This document shows positions 6,882-15,204 of a stretch of DNA of 32,000 nt, piece by piece (position 1 is the first letter of the stretch; each line of letters begins with the position of its first letter). The DNA is from Candidatus Electrothrix yaqonensis (GTDB lineage: Bacteria; Desulfobacterota; Desulfobulbia; Desulfobulbales; Desulfobulbaceae). Under the pieces are notes generated by a model. That model worked only from the letters and a program-made list of their open reading frames with translations. It was not told the origin of the DNA and ran no database searches. Both the position numbers and the translations under genes were made by a program. The stretch is taken from assembly GCA_047651235.1 (NCBI GenBank), contig CP178758.1, positions 1,260,001 through 1,292,000 on the forward strand. The letters are read 5' to 3'.

Positions 6882-9122
6882 TTACTCCTGTTCCTTCCGG
6901 TGTTCCTCTCCGGCAGGATGGCGGAACTGCCAGCAACGGTGTATTTTGTTTCCCCTCTCCTGAAAATCCCTAGGCAGGGTGCGGTCTGTGATCTCCCTGA
7001 TCTCGAATTCCTCTTCCAGCACGCTGTCCAGCCTGAATTTCCTCGAATTAGTTGAGAAAATAAGAATGCCTTCCCGTGCCAGGCAGCGCATGGCCAAGCG
7101 CAGCAGTTCGCCGTGATTCTCCTGCACGTCAAAGAGCATTCCTTTGTGGCGGGCATTGGCAAAGGTCGGCGGATCAACAAAGATCACCCCGTAGCGCTCC
7201 CGGCAGGTTTTCAGCCACTGCAGGCAGTCTGCTTCGCTGAACCGGTGCAGCGGGCCGCCGTAGCCGTTCAACGACAGGTTGGCCTGCGCTCTGGTGAGGT
7301 ATTTCTCGGAAAGATCCACGGTCATGGTGGAGACCGCACCTCCCTTGGCTGCGTACACGGTTGCCGAACCGGTATAGGCGAACAGATTGAGAAAGGTTCT
7401 GCCTTCGGCCAATTCGGCCAGCATTGCTCTGGTCTTGCGGTGATCAAGAAAAAGCCCGGTGTCCAGATAGTCTGTAAAGTTGACCAGAAAACGGCAGCTG
7501 CCTTCCCGCACCTCGTGCAGCCTGCCGGTGCCGGTGCGCTTCTGGTACTGGTCTTTGCCCCGCTGGCGCTGCCGCTTCTTCACAAAGAGATCAGAATGTG
7601 GCACCTTGAGGAGATGCCGGAGCACCTGCAGGGCCTGACTGAACCGCTCTTCAGCCCTTTCCGGAGCCACTGTTGCGGGCGGGGCATATTCCTGCACATG
7701 CACCCATTGCTCATACAGATCAATAGCCAGATTATATTCCGGGATGTCTGCGTCATAGATGCGGAAGCAGGTGATGTTGTTCTGTTTTGCCCAGGGAAAG
7801 AGCGTACGGCAGTTCTTGCGCACCCGGTTGCTGAAATCTTCCGCCGGTAATTCCGGGTCGGTTGCCTGGACCTGCCGGACCAGTGGCGGAGGTTCTGTAT
7901 CCCCCGGTGAAACAGCCGTGAGCAGGCGGCATTTAAGAGGGCCGTTGTAGAGCCGGTAGCGTTCCTGCCGGGGAACACCCAGCATATCGGCAAGATCCGG
8001 GTTGGCTGTGAAGAATCCCAGCTGCCAGCCCGGAAAATGGGTGCGGAAGATCCGCCCCAGACAACGGTACAGATACTTGGCCGCCTCCTTTTCCGAAAGG
8101 CGCTCGCCGTAGGGCGGATTGGTCAGAAGAAGGCCCTCTGCAGCCGGAGGCTGCACCCGGGCAAGCTGGCGCTGTTTGACTGTGATCCGGTCGCTCAATC
8201 CGGCATTGATGATATTTTTTCGGGCAGCCGCCACCACCTGCGGATCGGCATCATAGCCGATAATCTGCGGCCACGGGCTTTCCGTGTGCTGATCCTCCCG
8301 CTCCAGAGCCTCGGCCACCAGGGTCTCCCAGAGTTTGGCATTATGTCCCAGCCAGTACATGAAACCGAAACTGTCCCGCAGCAATCCCGGGGCAGAATCC
8401 CCGATAATCAGGGCCGCCTCAACGAGCAGGGTGCCGGAACCGCACATGGGGTCCAGCAGACAGAAGTCGGACGGCATCCCGGCCCTTACTCCGGAAAGAT
8501 GGGCAATGGCAGCGGCAAGGGTCTCCTTGAGCGGCGCTTCCCCGGCCCCGGTCCGGTATCCCCGGCGATGCAGGCTGTCGCCGGACATATCCAGGGCCAG
8601 CGTTGCTGCCGTGCCCTGCACATGCAGGTTGAGCCGGATGCCCGGCCTGCGGACATCAATATCCGGCCGTTCCCCGGTCCGTCGGCGGAACTGATCCACT
8701 ACAGCATCCTTGATCTTCAGGGAGGCATAATGGCTGTGGCTCAGCTCGGACCTGACCAAAGTGGAATAGACGGCAAAGGTCGTGTCCCCGTTGAAATGTC
8801 TGCCCCAGTCAATTTTACCGGCTTCCTCGTACAGGGCCTCCGGAGTGGCTGCCTCGAAGCAGGCCAGCTCAAGCAGGATTCTGGAGCTGAAGCGCGACCA
8901 TAAACAGGCCCGGTAGGCGGATTTCAGACTGGTTGCCTGCCATCTGACCGCTCCCGGGGTACTGATCGGCTCCCTGCCGCCCAGAGCACGGATTTCCTCT
9001 TTGACCAAGTCTTCCAGTCCTGCGCCGCAGGTGGCGACAAAAGTGCGAAGTTCCGGGTTGTTGCGTCTTCTCTTCGACCGGACGGTCCGACCGGAACTGC
9101 TGGAGATGCTGTGCGTCTGCAT
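6882..9122 (-). CDS. rlmL: Bifunctional 23S rRNA methyltransferase RlmL/RlmKL (m2G2445 / m7G2069), 746 aa
   Basis: THUMP-type N-terminus, an N6/N2-MTase motif LLTNPPYGERL, and a second C-terminal SAM-MTase module with VIFVDPPTFANARHKG. The length and two-module architecture match RlmKL. Confidence 0.9.
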   Translation of the reverse strand: MQTHSISSSSGRTVRSKRRRNNPELRTFVATCGAGLEDLVKEEIRALGGREPISTPGAVRWQATSLKSAYRACLWSRFSSRILLELACFEAATPEALYEEAGKIDWGRHFNGDTTFAVYSTLVRSELSHSHYASLKIKDAVVDQFRRRTGERPDIDVRRPGIRLNLHVQGTAATLALDMSGDSLHRRGYRTGAGEAPLKETLAAAIAHLSGVRAGMPSDFCLLDPMCGSGTLLVEAALIIGDSAPGLLRDSFGFMYWLGHNAKLWETLVAEALEREDQHTESPWPQIIGYDADPQVVAAARKNIINAGLSDRITVKQRQLARVQPPAAEGLLLTNPPYGERLSEKEAAKYLYRCLGRIFRTHFPGWQLGFFTANPDLADMLGVPRQERYRLYNGPLKCRLLTAVSPGDTEPPPLVRQVQATDPELPAEDFSNRVRKNCRTLFPWAKQNNITCFRIYDADIPEYNLAIDLYEQWVHVQEYAPPATVAPERAEERFSQALQVLRHLLKVPHSDLFVKKRQRQRGKDQYQKRTGTGRLHEVREGSCRFLVNFTDYLDTGLFLDHRKTRAMLAELAEGRTFLNLFAYTGSATVYAAKGGAVSTMTVDLSEKYLTRAQANLSLNGYGGPLHRFSEADCLQWLKTCRERYGVIFVDPPTFANARHKGMLFDVQENHGELLRLAMRCLAREGILIFSTNSRKFRLDSVLEEEFEIREITDRTLPRDFQERGNKIHRCWQFRHPAGEEHRKEQE

Positions 9123-9205
9123 GAAATATGATGAGTGGTTATCGGAATGTTATCCGGAGTGTAAAGATTTCCGGCATGGCCGGGAAAAATCAGGGCAGAG
9201 CCCGG

Positions 9206-9898
9206 TCAGATATCAGTCTGCTCGATATCAGGCCGCCCGAATTCATGGCGCAGCTGGTCCAGCTCCTGATGAAAGATCTGCTGCAGCGAGGAGATATTTT
9301 CTTTAATCATGGCACCGACATTGTTGGTATCTCCTGAAACCGCAGGCCCGGTTTCGGCTGTTCCCTGCTGTACATGCACGAGTTCCAGCAGCGCGGCAGC
9401 CTCCCGTACCGCCATCATGCCGGTTGCTGCGATTTCCTGGCGCATGGCTGCAAGCAGACCGCGCAGTGCTTCACCTTCACCTGTTGTATCCGCTTCATTC
9501 TGATCCGCAACCGCCGGTTCTGACGTGCTTTCCATCTTTGCCTTCAGACAGCTATGCTGCCAATCAAGCACGGTTTTCAGGGCGGCAAAAGCCACAGGCT
9601 GTGCTTTTTCCTGGTCCGAGATTTCCCAGGCAACATCCCGGTATACTGCCATAAGCTCTTTGAGCAGACTGAAGGTACGGGCATCTGAAGCGGCACGAAA
9701 TGCGGCAATATGCGTCACCACAGCCTCCATTCCGGACAATACCGGCTCGACAAGGGCGAGACGTTCTTTCTCTTCCTCACGGCAGGTCTGGATATCTTCC
9801 CGGATAGCCGTCAGGATGGCATCTGAAATTTCCAGACCGAGTGCATTGACAGCCTGATTGAGACGTTCATAGCCGGGAGAAGCGGTTTCAGAAAACAT
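9206..9898 (-). CDS. Hypothetical acidic, helical protein, 230 aa, downstream of the hybrid histidine kinase
   Basis: ATG-initiated ORF co-directional with the kinase and 85 nt after its stop. No recognisable motif and no HxxKG Hpt signature. Confidence 0.55.
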   Translation of the reverse strand: MFSETASPGYERLNQAVNALGLEISDAILTAIREDIQTCREEEKERLALVEPVLSGMEAVVTHIAAFRAASDARTFSLLKELMAVYRDVAWEISDQEKAQPVAFAALKTVLDWQHSCLKAKMESTSEPAVADQNEADTTGEGEALRGLLAAMRQEIAATGMMAVREAAALLELVHVQQGTAETGPAVSGDTNNVGAMIKENISSLQQIFHQELDQLRHEFGRPDIEQTDI

Positions 9899-9982
9899 GA
9901 CGCTGATTCACCTGCATATAATGTTGGTCTTCCTGTTGACTTTCTGCTCTCCGCCGCAGAGAACGGAGAGCCTGCCATGCTG

Positions 9983-12055
9983 TTATGCTGCTGTTTTTTC
10001 GGATTTGCACTCTACAGAGTCTGCAGATTCCGCAGATGGCAGGGTGATGATAATCCGGGCACCTTGTCCTGCCTCTCCTTCAATATTGACGGTACTCCTC
10101 ATGGAGGTGAGCATCTTTTTCACAATGGTGAGCCCCAGTCCCGTGCCTTTGGCCCGGGTCGTAAAAAATGGTTTAAAGAGCTCCTCTTTGACATGGCCAG
10201 GAAAGCCGCAGCCGTTATCCTGAAAGACGATCTGGACGAACTGGTTATTCTTTCGCGTAAGATACATAGTGATGAGCGGCTTTGCCGCGTCACGGAGCGC
10301 ATTCACCGCGTTGGTGACAAGATTCAGCAGGACCTGATGCAGGGCCCGTTCATCAACCAGAGAGCAGGCTGCATCATTGATCTGCAGTTTCATGGCAATA
10401 CCTTTGCGCTGCAGATCCTTTTCGTGCATTCGTTGAAAATTTGCAAGAAAAGCGGCAAGGTCTGTCAGGGTGAGTACCTGTTCTTCATGCACATTGAAAT
10501 TTTTCAGGGAATAGAGCAGATATTCCATCCGTTTGATTTCCCGCATGGAACGGTCAAGAAACTCCCTGATTCTTTCCGGAGAGAGATGATCCAGCTGCCT
10601 GAGCAGAACACTGATGGCCATTTTCAGCGAGTTCAGGGGATTGCCCAGTTCATGCCGGATGCCTGAAAAAACAAAGCCCACATTGTCCATCAGATTGGCA
10701 GCTTCTGCAATGGATTCAAGGCGTTTCTGGTCGGTCCGGTCATGCTTGATGATACAGAAGCTGTTGACTTTGTTTTTTTCGCCCCGGACCGGAATAATTG
10801 CGACAGACTCATCATAGACAGAACCGTCCTTATGCCGGTTCCGCAGTTCCCCGCGCCATTCTCTGCCTTCAGCCACAGAATCCAGCACCTGCCGGCAGTT
10901 GAACCTGCCCTGTTCGTCCGATTGTATCCGGCCGAATTTCATTCCGATCAGTTCTTCCGGAAGATAACCGGTCACCTTTGTGCTGGCCGGATTGGCGTAA
11001 AAAATGGTTCCTGTTTTATCGGTCATCAGCACACAGTCGGCAAACTCACTGATCGCTGCGGCCAGCCGGACACGCTCCCGCGATTCGAAGGTTCTCCGGA
11101 CAGCGGTGCCGATGATCTCCGAGGACGTTGTCATGGCCTGCACAAGGGGCTCATCCCAAGACCGTTCTTCCTGGCTGCAGTCGAATCCTATGCACCCCCA
11201 CAGCTGCTTGTACACGTAGATCGGCAGAATCAGACAGGTCCGGATGTTGTTCTGTTCAAACTCCTCCCGGAGAAAGACCGGCAGGCTGCGGTCCGGTCCG
11301 ATAATCGGGCCTGCAGTCAGCAGCCGGATGGGAGGACGCCACATGGCCAGCACATCAATACTGGAACTGGTGATGGTATTTCCGTATTTATACCAAGTAT
11401 AATGCCGCTGTTCGGAAGTTCGCGGCTCAAAAGTTTTCAGGTAGACGTGCTCGCTGTCCACATTCTCTCCCAGATACTGCAGCACATCTTTGATTATTTT
11501 TTCCCAGTTTTCTGTCTGCAGAAATGTTTTTGCCACATAATTGACTGCGCTGAGGATATGATCCCGCTGCAGCAGATTGCAGCCGATCTGCTTCTGGACA
11601 GCCAGGGATTCCTGCAGAAGCGCATTGGTTCCCTCCAGATCAAGGGCCTGCTGTTCAAGTTTTTCCCTGGCCGCCTTGATTTCCAGGGTATTGCGCACTC
11701 TGGCGCAGAGCTGCGCCCTGTTCACCGGTTTGCGGAGAAAATCAACAGCTCCTTCCTCAAACCCTCTGTATTCGTTTTCCTCCGCCCCTGTGGCGGTGAG
11801 AAAAATAATCGGTATCTTCCGTGTGCGTTCCTGTGACGTCAGTTTTCTGCACACCTCAAACCCGATGATATCCGGCAGGTTGATGTCCAGCAGGATCAGG
11901 TCCGGAATTTCTTCCTCCGCCAGCCGCAGCCCATCCTTGCCGTTTTCCGCATTCAGAACCCTGTACTTCTCATATTCCAGAATATGACGCAGGATGGAGA
12001 GCACCAGGATATCATCATCAATCAGAAGTATTTTGGCAGATTCAAAGGATCTCAT
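9983..12055 (-). CDS. Hybrid sensor histidine kinase with REC - coiled coil - GAF-like - PAS - HisKA - HATPase_c architecture, 690 aa
   Basis: The N-terminal receiver has KILLIDDD...DLILLDINLPD...KP. The H-box is FSGIRHELGNPLNSL. The ATPase N, G1 and G2 boxes are LLNLVTNAVNA, DNGCGF and GTGLGL. The central region resembles GAF plus PAS (FADCVLMTDKTGTIFYANPASTKVTGY). Confidence 0.9.
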   Translation of the reverse strand: MRSFESAKILLIDDDILVLSILRHILEYEKYRVLNAENGKDGLRLAEEEIPDLILLDINLPDIIGFEVCRKLTSQERTRKIPIIFLTATGAEENEYRGFEEGAVDFLRKPVNRAQLCARVRNTLEIKAAREKLEQQALDLEGTNALLQESLAVQKQIGCNLLQRDHILSAVNYVAKTFLQTENWEKIIKDVLQYLGENVDSEHVYLKTFEPRTSEQRHYTWYKYGNTITSSSIDVLAMWRPPIRLLTAGPIIGPDRSLPVFLREEFEQNNIRTCLILPIYVYKQLWGCIGFDCSQEERSWDEPLVQAMTTSSEIIGTAVRRTFESRERVRLAAAISEFADCVLMTDKTGTIFYANPASTKVTGYLPEELIGMKFGRIQSDEQGRFNCRQVLDSVAEGREWRGELRNRHKDGSVYDESVAIIPVRGEKNKVNSFCIIKHDRTDQKRLESIAEAANLMDNVGFVFSGIRHELGNPLNSLKMAISVLLRQLDHLSPERIREFLDRSMREIKRMEYLLYSLKNFNVHEEQVLTLTDLAAFLANFQRMHEKDLQRKGIAMKLQINDAACSLVDERALHQVLLNLVTNAVNALRDAAKPLITMYLTRKNNQFVQIVFQDNGCGFPGHVKEELFKPFFTTRAKGTGLGLTIVKKMLTSMRSTVNIEGEAGQGARIIITLPSAESADSVECKSEKTAA

Positions 12056-12550
12056 AGACGGTACGTGACATTATCTGCAAAAATCATCTGCAGGACGTGA
12101 ACCGGAGATGCAGCCGGAAATCCAACCGAAAATGCCCCTGCTAATATTCCTGCGGTGTGATGCTGTACAAAACATGACTGGTTGCTGCGGCTGCGTCGGT
12201 AAAGCCGGTTCGGGTACTGTCCGGAACAACGTCCGGTCGGAATGACAGGTACTTTTTTTGTTTCTTTCAGACACTGTTATTGCTAACATGGAATATCAGG
12301 AGAGACAAGATTATTCGTTCCGCCTGCCCGTAAAAAGAGACGTGGAAGAGACACCGGACAGCCCCGGATACAAAAAGGGGCAGGACAGGTCCGGATACCG
12401 CCGGGCGGGCCGGTTGCTTACCACTGTGTATTATGCCCACCGTGTGCCGCGTTATGCACGGCTGTGTACAAGGGTGTAACAACGGTCGGCTGCCGCACCA
12501 CAATCGGGATACTGCAGGAAAGGAAAAGGAGAAAGAATAGAAAGAATTAT

Positions 12551-13384
12551 ATGAAACAGGTAATTATTGTCGATGACGAGCCGGAACTGCTTCTGAGCAT
12601 ACAGGCCGGACTGGAAAAAAACAACGGTTGTTTTCAGATCATGACAGCGGAAAACGGCCGGGAAGCCCTTGATCTGCTGGAAAACAACGTTGTTGATCTG
12701 GTGGTGACCGACCTGCGGATGCCGGAAATGGACGGTGTGGAACTGCTTGCCGCCATGAGCGAATCCTTTCCCGAAGTTCCCAGCATCGTGATGACAGCCT
12801 TCGGCACCTCCTCTATGGAACGGCTGCTGAAAAAAACAGGAACATTGAATTTTCTTGAAAAACCGCTTGATATTGACAGTCTTGAGCAGGCTGTCACCAA
12901 TGCGCTGGATTTTTATCATAACCGGGAGGGCGGTCTGGAGCTAGATATTTTTTTGCAGCTTGTGGCTATGGAACGAAAAACTGTGCATCTCAAGGTGGTT
13001 GATCCCGACAGGCGGCAGGGCAGCTTTTTTTTCCGTAAGGGCTTTCTGATTGATGCGGAGCAGGATGACCGGATCGGTGATGAAGCGGTGCTGGCAATGC
13101 TGGAATGGAAACATGTGCAATTGAGCATGAAGGAGTTTATTCCTCCTGTTGTTCCGGAAGCTCCCGAAGTTCCGAAAGCCCGTCCGCATACAGAGACCCG
13201 TTCCGAACAGCTGCTCCTGCGTTCCGGTATGCCGTACTGCCGGGAGCGGCAGAAAGCCTGCAATCCGTTATATGATGAAGTCAGGCAGGAGTTTATTCAG
13301 GCAGGAGTTTATGCGTCTGAAAAAAAATATGAGCTGTCAGCCCGGAACAGCAGGACGGCATACAGAATCGAATCTGATCCATGA
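12551..13384 (+). CDS. Response regulator with receiver + DUF4388 (PATAN-like) domains and no Roadblock domain, 277 aa (paralog 1)
   Basis: REC motifs are IVDDEPE, VVTDLRMPEMDG (Asp54) and VMTAF..EKP. A DUF4388-like segment follows: LELDIFLQLVAMERKTVHLKVVDPDRRQGSFFFRKGFLIDAEQDDRIGDEAVLAMLEWKHVQLSM. I chose the start MKQVIIVDD at 12551 by alignment with the two paralogs; the ORF track begins at 12464. Confidence 0.8.
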   Translation: MKQVIIVDDEPELLLSIQAGLEKNNGCFQIMTAENGREALDLLENNVVDLVVTDLRMPEMDGVELLAAMSESFPEVPSIVMTAFGTSSMERLLKKTGTLNFLEKPLDIDSLEQAVTNALDFYHNREGGLELDIFLQLVAMERKTVHLKVVDPDRRQGSFFFRKGFLIDAEQDDRIGDEAVLAMLEWKHVQLSMKEFIPPVVPEAPEVPKARPHTETRSEQLLLRSGMPYCRERQKACNPLYDEVRQEFIQAGVYASEKKYELSARNSRTAYRIESDP

Positions 13385-14568
13385 AACGGCAGGTATTAAT
13401 AGTTGATGATGAACCGGAGCTGCTTCTGAGCATCAGGTCCGGTTTTGAAGACAATGATCGTTTTGAGATCATGACGGCGCATAATGGCCTGGAAGCACTT
13501 GATGTAATGAGAAGAAACTCTGTTGACCTGCTGGTGACCGATCTGCGGATGCCGAAAATGGACGGCGTGGAGTTGCTTGCCGCCATGACGGAATCCTTTC
13601 CCAGGGTACCGAATATCGTGATGACAGCCTTCGGAACCCCTGTGATGGAACGGCAGCTGAAAAAAGCTGGCACATTGGAGATGCTTGAAAAACCGCTGGA
13701 TATTGATGCGCTTGAGCAGGCGATCAACAGAGTACTGGATGCGTATGACGAACAGCACAGCGGGCTTTCCGGAATCTCTCTGGACAACTTTCTCCAGATT
13801 CTTGCTCTGGAGCAGAAGACAGCGACGGTCAAGGTTGTTCATCCGGGCGGGAAAAAGGGCAGCCTGTTTTTTTCTGACGGCAAGTTGATTGATGCGAGGT
13901 GTGATCACAGCCTCGGAGAAGAGGCATTTTTTGAAATGCTGTCCTGGGAACATGTCCGACTGAGTATGGACAAGTTGCCGTCGCCTCCGCCAAAAACCAG
14001 AATTCACGCTGAACTGATGTCGCTTCTGCTGAAATCCGCGCACCGGAAGGATACGCGCCAGGAGGCCAAACCGCTGAATCTGGTCAAGCAGGAGCTGCGT
14101 ACTCAGCACCGTATCCAGCAGAAAAAACAGCAGCAGGGGAAGAAGAACAGACAACACAGAAACTATAACAATCACAACAGGAAAACCGTACCAGGAGGGG
14201 AGAGAAAAATGGCAGGAATCAAAGAAGTGCTGAAAGAAATGGCAGGGGAAATGGACGGAGTGCTTGCAGTGCAGGTGACCGGTATGGATGGTATCACGAT
14301 TGCGCTGCATAATCCCACCGGCACGGATGTGGAGGCATTTTCGGCAAAGTTTGCTATGGTCATGAAACTCGTTGAAAAATCTGTCAGCTCGCTGCAGGGA
14401 ATGGGCAGCTTTGAAGAAAATCTGGTGCAGGCGCAGAACGCCTGGATCCTGACCCGGTTCGTCACGCCGCAGTACTATGTGGGCATTGCGGTCAGCCGGG
14501 ATGGTACCTTGGGTAATGTACGCCTGGTTGCCCAACGTTATATTGACCGCCTGCGCAAACTTTTGTAA
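13381..14568 (+). CDS. Response regulator with receiver + DUF4388 (PATAN-like) + Lys/Gln-rich linker + Roadblock/LC7 (MglB-like) domain, 395 aa (paralog 2)
   Basis: The start overlaps the paralog 1 stop (ATGA at 13381-13384). REC motifs are conserved, including Asp54. DUF4388-like segment: ISLDNFLQILALEQKTATVKVVHPGGKKGSLFFSDGKLIDA...EAFFEMLSWEHVRLSM. The C-terminal 119 aa, MAGIKEVLKEMAGEMDGVLAVQVTGMDGITIALHN...YYVGIAVSRDGTLGNVRL, fit the Roadblock/LC7 pattern. Confidence 0.85.
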   Translation: MKRQVLIVDDEPELLLSIRSGFEDNDRFEIMTAHNGLEALDVMRRNSVDLLVTDLRMPKMDGVELLAAMTESFPRVPNIVMTAFGTPVMERQLKKAGTLEMLEKPLDIDALEQAINRVLDAYDEQHSGLSGISLDNFLQILALEQKTATVKVVHPGGKKGSLFFSDGKLIDARCDHSLGEEAFFEMLSWEHVRLSMDKLPSPPPKTRIHAELMSLLLKSAHRKDTRQEAKPLNLVKQELRTQHRIQQKKQQQGKKNRQHRNYNNHNRKTVPGGERKMAGIKEVLKEMAGEMDGVLAVQVTGMDGITIALHNPTGTDVEAFSAKFAMVMKLVEKSVSSLQGMGSFEENLVQAQNAWILTRFVTPQYYVGIAVSRDGTLGNVRLVAQRYIDRLRKLL

Positions 14569-14600
14569 TTATAAACGGATCAAAACGCAGGAGGATAAAT

Positions 14601-15077
14601 ATGGCTTCAGAAGAGCAGAAAAAGAAAAATCTGATGCGCCTGATGAATCTGATGATCGCAGGTATGGCCAAAGCATTATATGACCTGTTCGGCGACACCG
14701 CCTTTGCCACGATGAGTGAGGTCGGCAGAACAACGCTGGAAATCATGGAACAGGAAATGGGCCTTGAAGTGGAAGGAGAAGATCCGAAAGATGTTCTCAT
14801 GGAAATCGGCCGTATTTTTGCCGATGAGATGGGATTTATAGAATCCTTCAGCACCGAGCAGGAGGGCAATAACCTCTCGCTTATCGTCCATCATTGTCAG
14901 GGCTGGAACCTGACGCAGTCTATTCTGAAGACAGGGATCGAAATTCCGTTCACCTGCCCGATCATGAATGTCTGTCAGGCGGCTCTGATCCGGATGGGGA
15001 AACCGGCACAGAAATCCATTTCGCCTCTTCCGGAAACACATGGCTCCACCATCACTTTTACGCTGATTGAACAGTAG
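14601..15077 (+). CDS. Hypothetical 158-aa protein, possibly a V4R-like (4-vinyl-reductase-type) small-molecule-binding protein
   Basis: Strong SD (AGGAGGataaatATG). The architecture is a helical N-half (AKALYDLFGDTAFATMSEVGRTT...) followed by a Cys-bearing C-half (LIVHHCQGW...FTCPIMNVCQAAL...TITFTLIE). This resembles V4R/COG1719-type proteins as I remember them. The functional call is tentative (about 0.4); the confidence given is for the CDS itself. Confidence 0.65.
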   Translation: MASEEQKKKNLMRLMNLMIAGMAKALYDLFGDTAFATMSEVGRTTLEIMEQEMGLEVEGEDPKDVLMEIGRIFADEMGFIESFSTEQEGNNLSLIVHHCQGWNLTQSILKTGIEIPFTCPIMNVCQAALIRMGKPAQKSISPLPETHGSTITFTLIEQ

Positions 15078-15204
15078 GAACAGCAGGGTGCAGAAAGCGG
15101 AGCAGCCGTGCCCTCGATCTTTCCCGTCGGCGGACGGCTGCCCGGATTTCGGTCCGGTACGTAAATCAGATGGAACGCCAGATGGAATACCATCGGAGTA
15201 ACCT

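Noticed and set aside
6872-7180. Longer 277-aa version of the NUDIX ORF
   Set aside because: The extension overlaps the 3' end of rlmL in another frame and has no homology-like features. The NUDIX-type sequence starts at MYTPGEE (6871), which has its own SD.
12403-12418. Possible sigma-54 -24/-12 element gGGCgg-N5-TTGCT upstream of the cluster
   Set aside because: The GG/GC spacing is correct and the -12 half matches TTGC, but the -24 half matches only GGC of TGGCAC. No sigma-54 enhancer-binding protein (AAA+ activator) is encoded nearby. It is too weak to call.
12258-12479. 73-aa ORF (TTG start; internal ATG at 12288) in the 495-bp kinase/cluster intergenic region, and the opposite 12071..12289 ORF
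   Set aside because: No SD, odd composition and no motifs. I cannot support either as a gene from sequence alone. The region is better treated as regulatory or UTR until transcript data exist.
13396-14535. 379-aa antisense ORF, together with similar long antisense ORFs at 15166..16155, 10742..11836, 8037..8903, 7113..7850, 22817..23740 and 26565..28172
   Set aside because: All lie opposite genes with strong motif support. Their translations are low-complexity (rich in R, Q, H, G, P) with no recognisable motifs. These are typical shadow ORFs in moderately GC-rich DNA.
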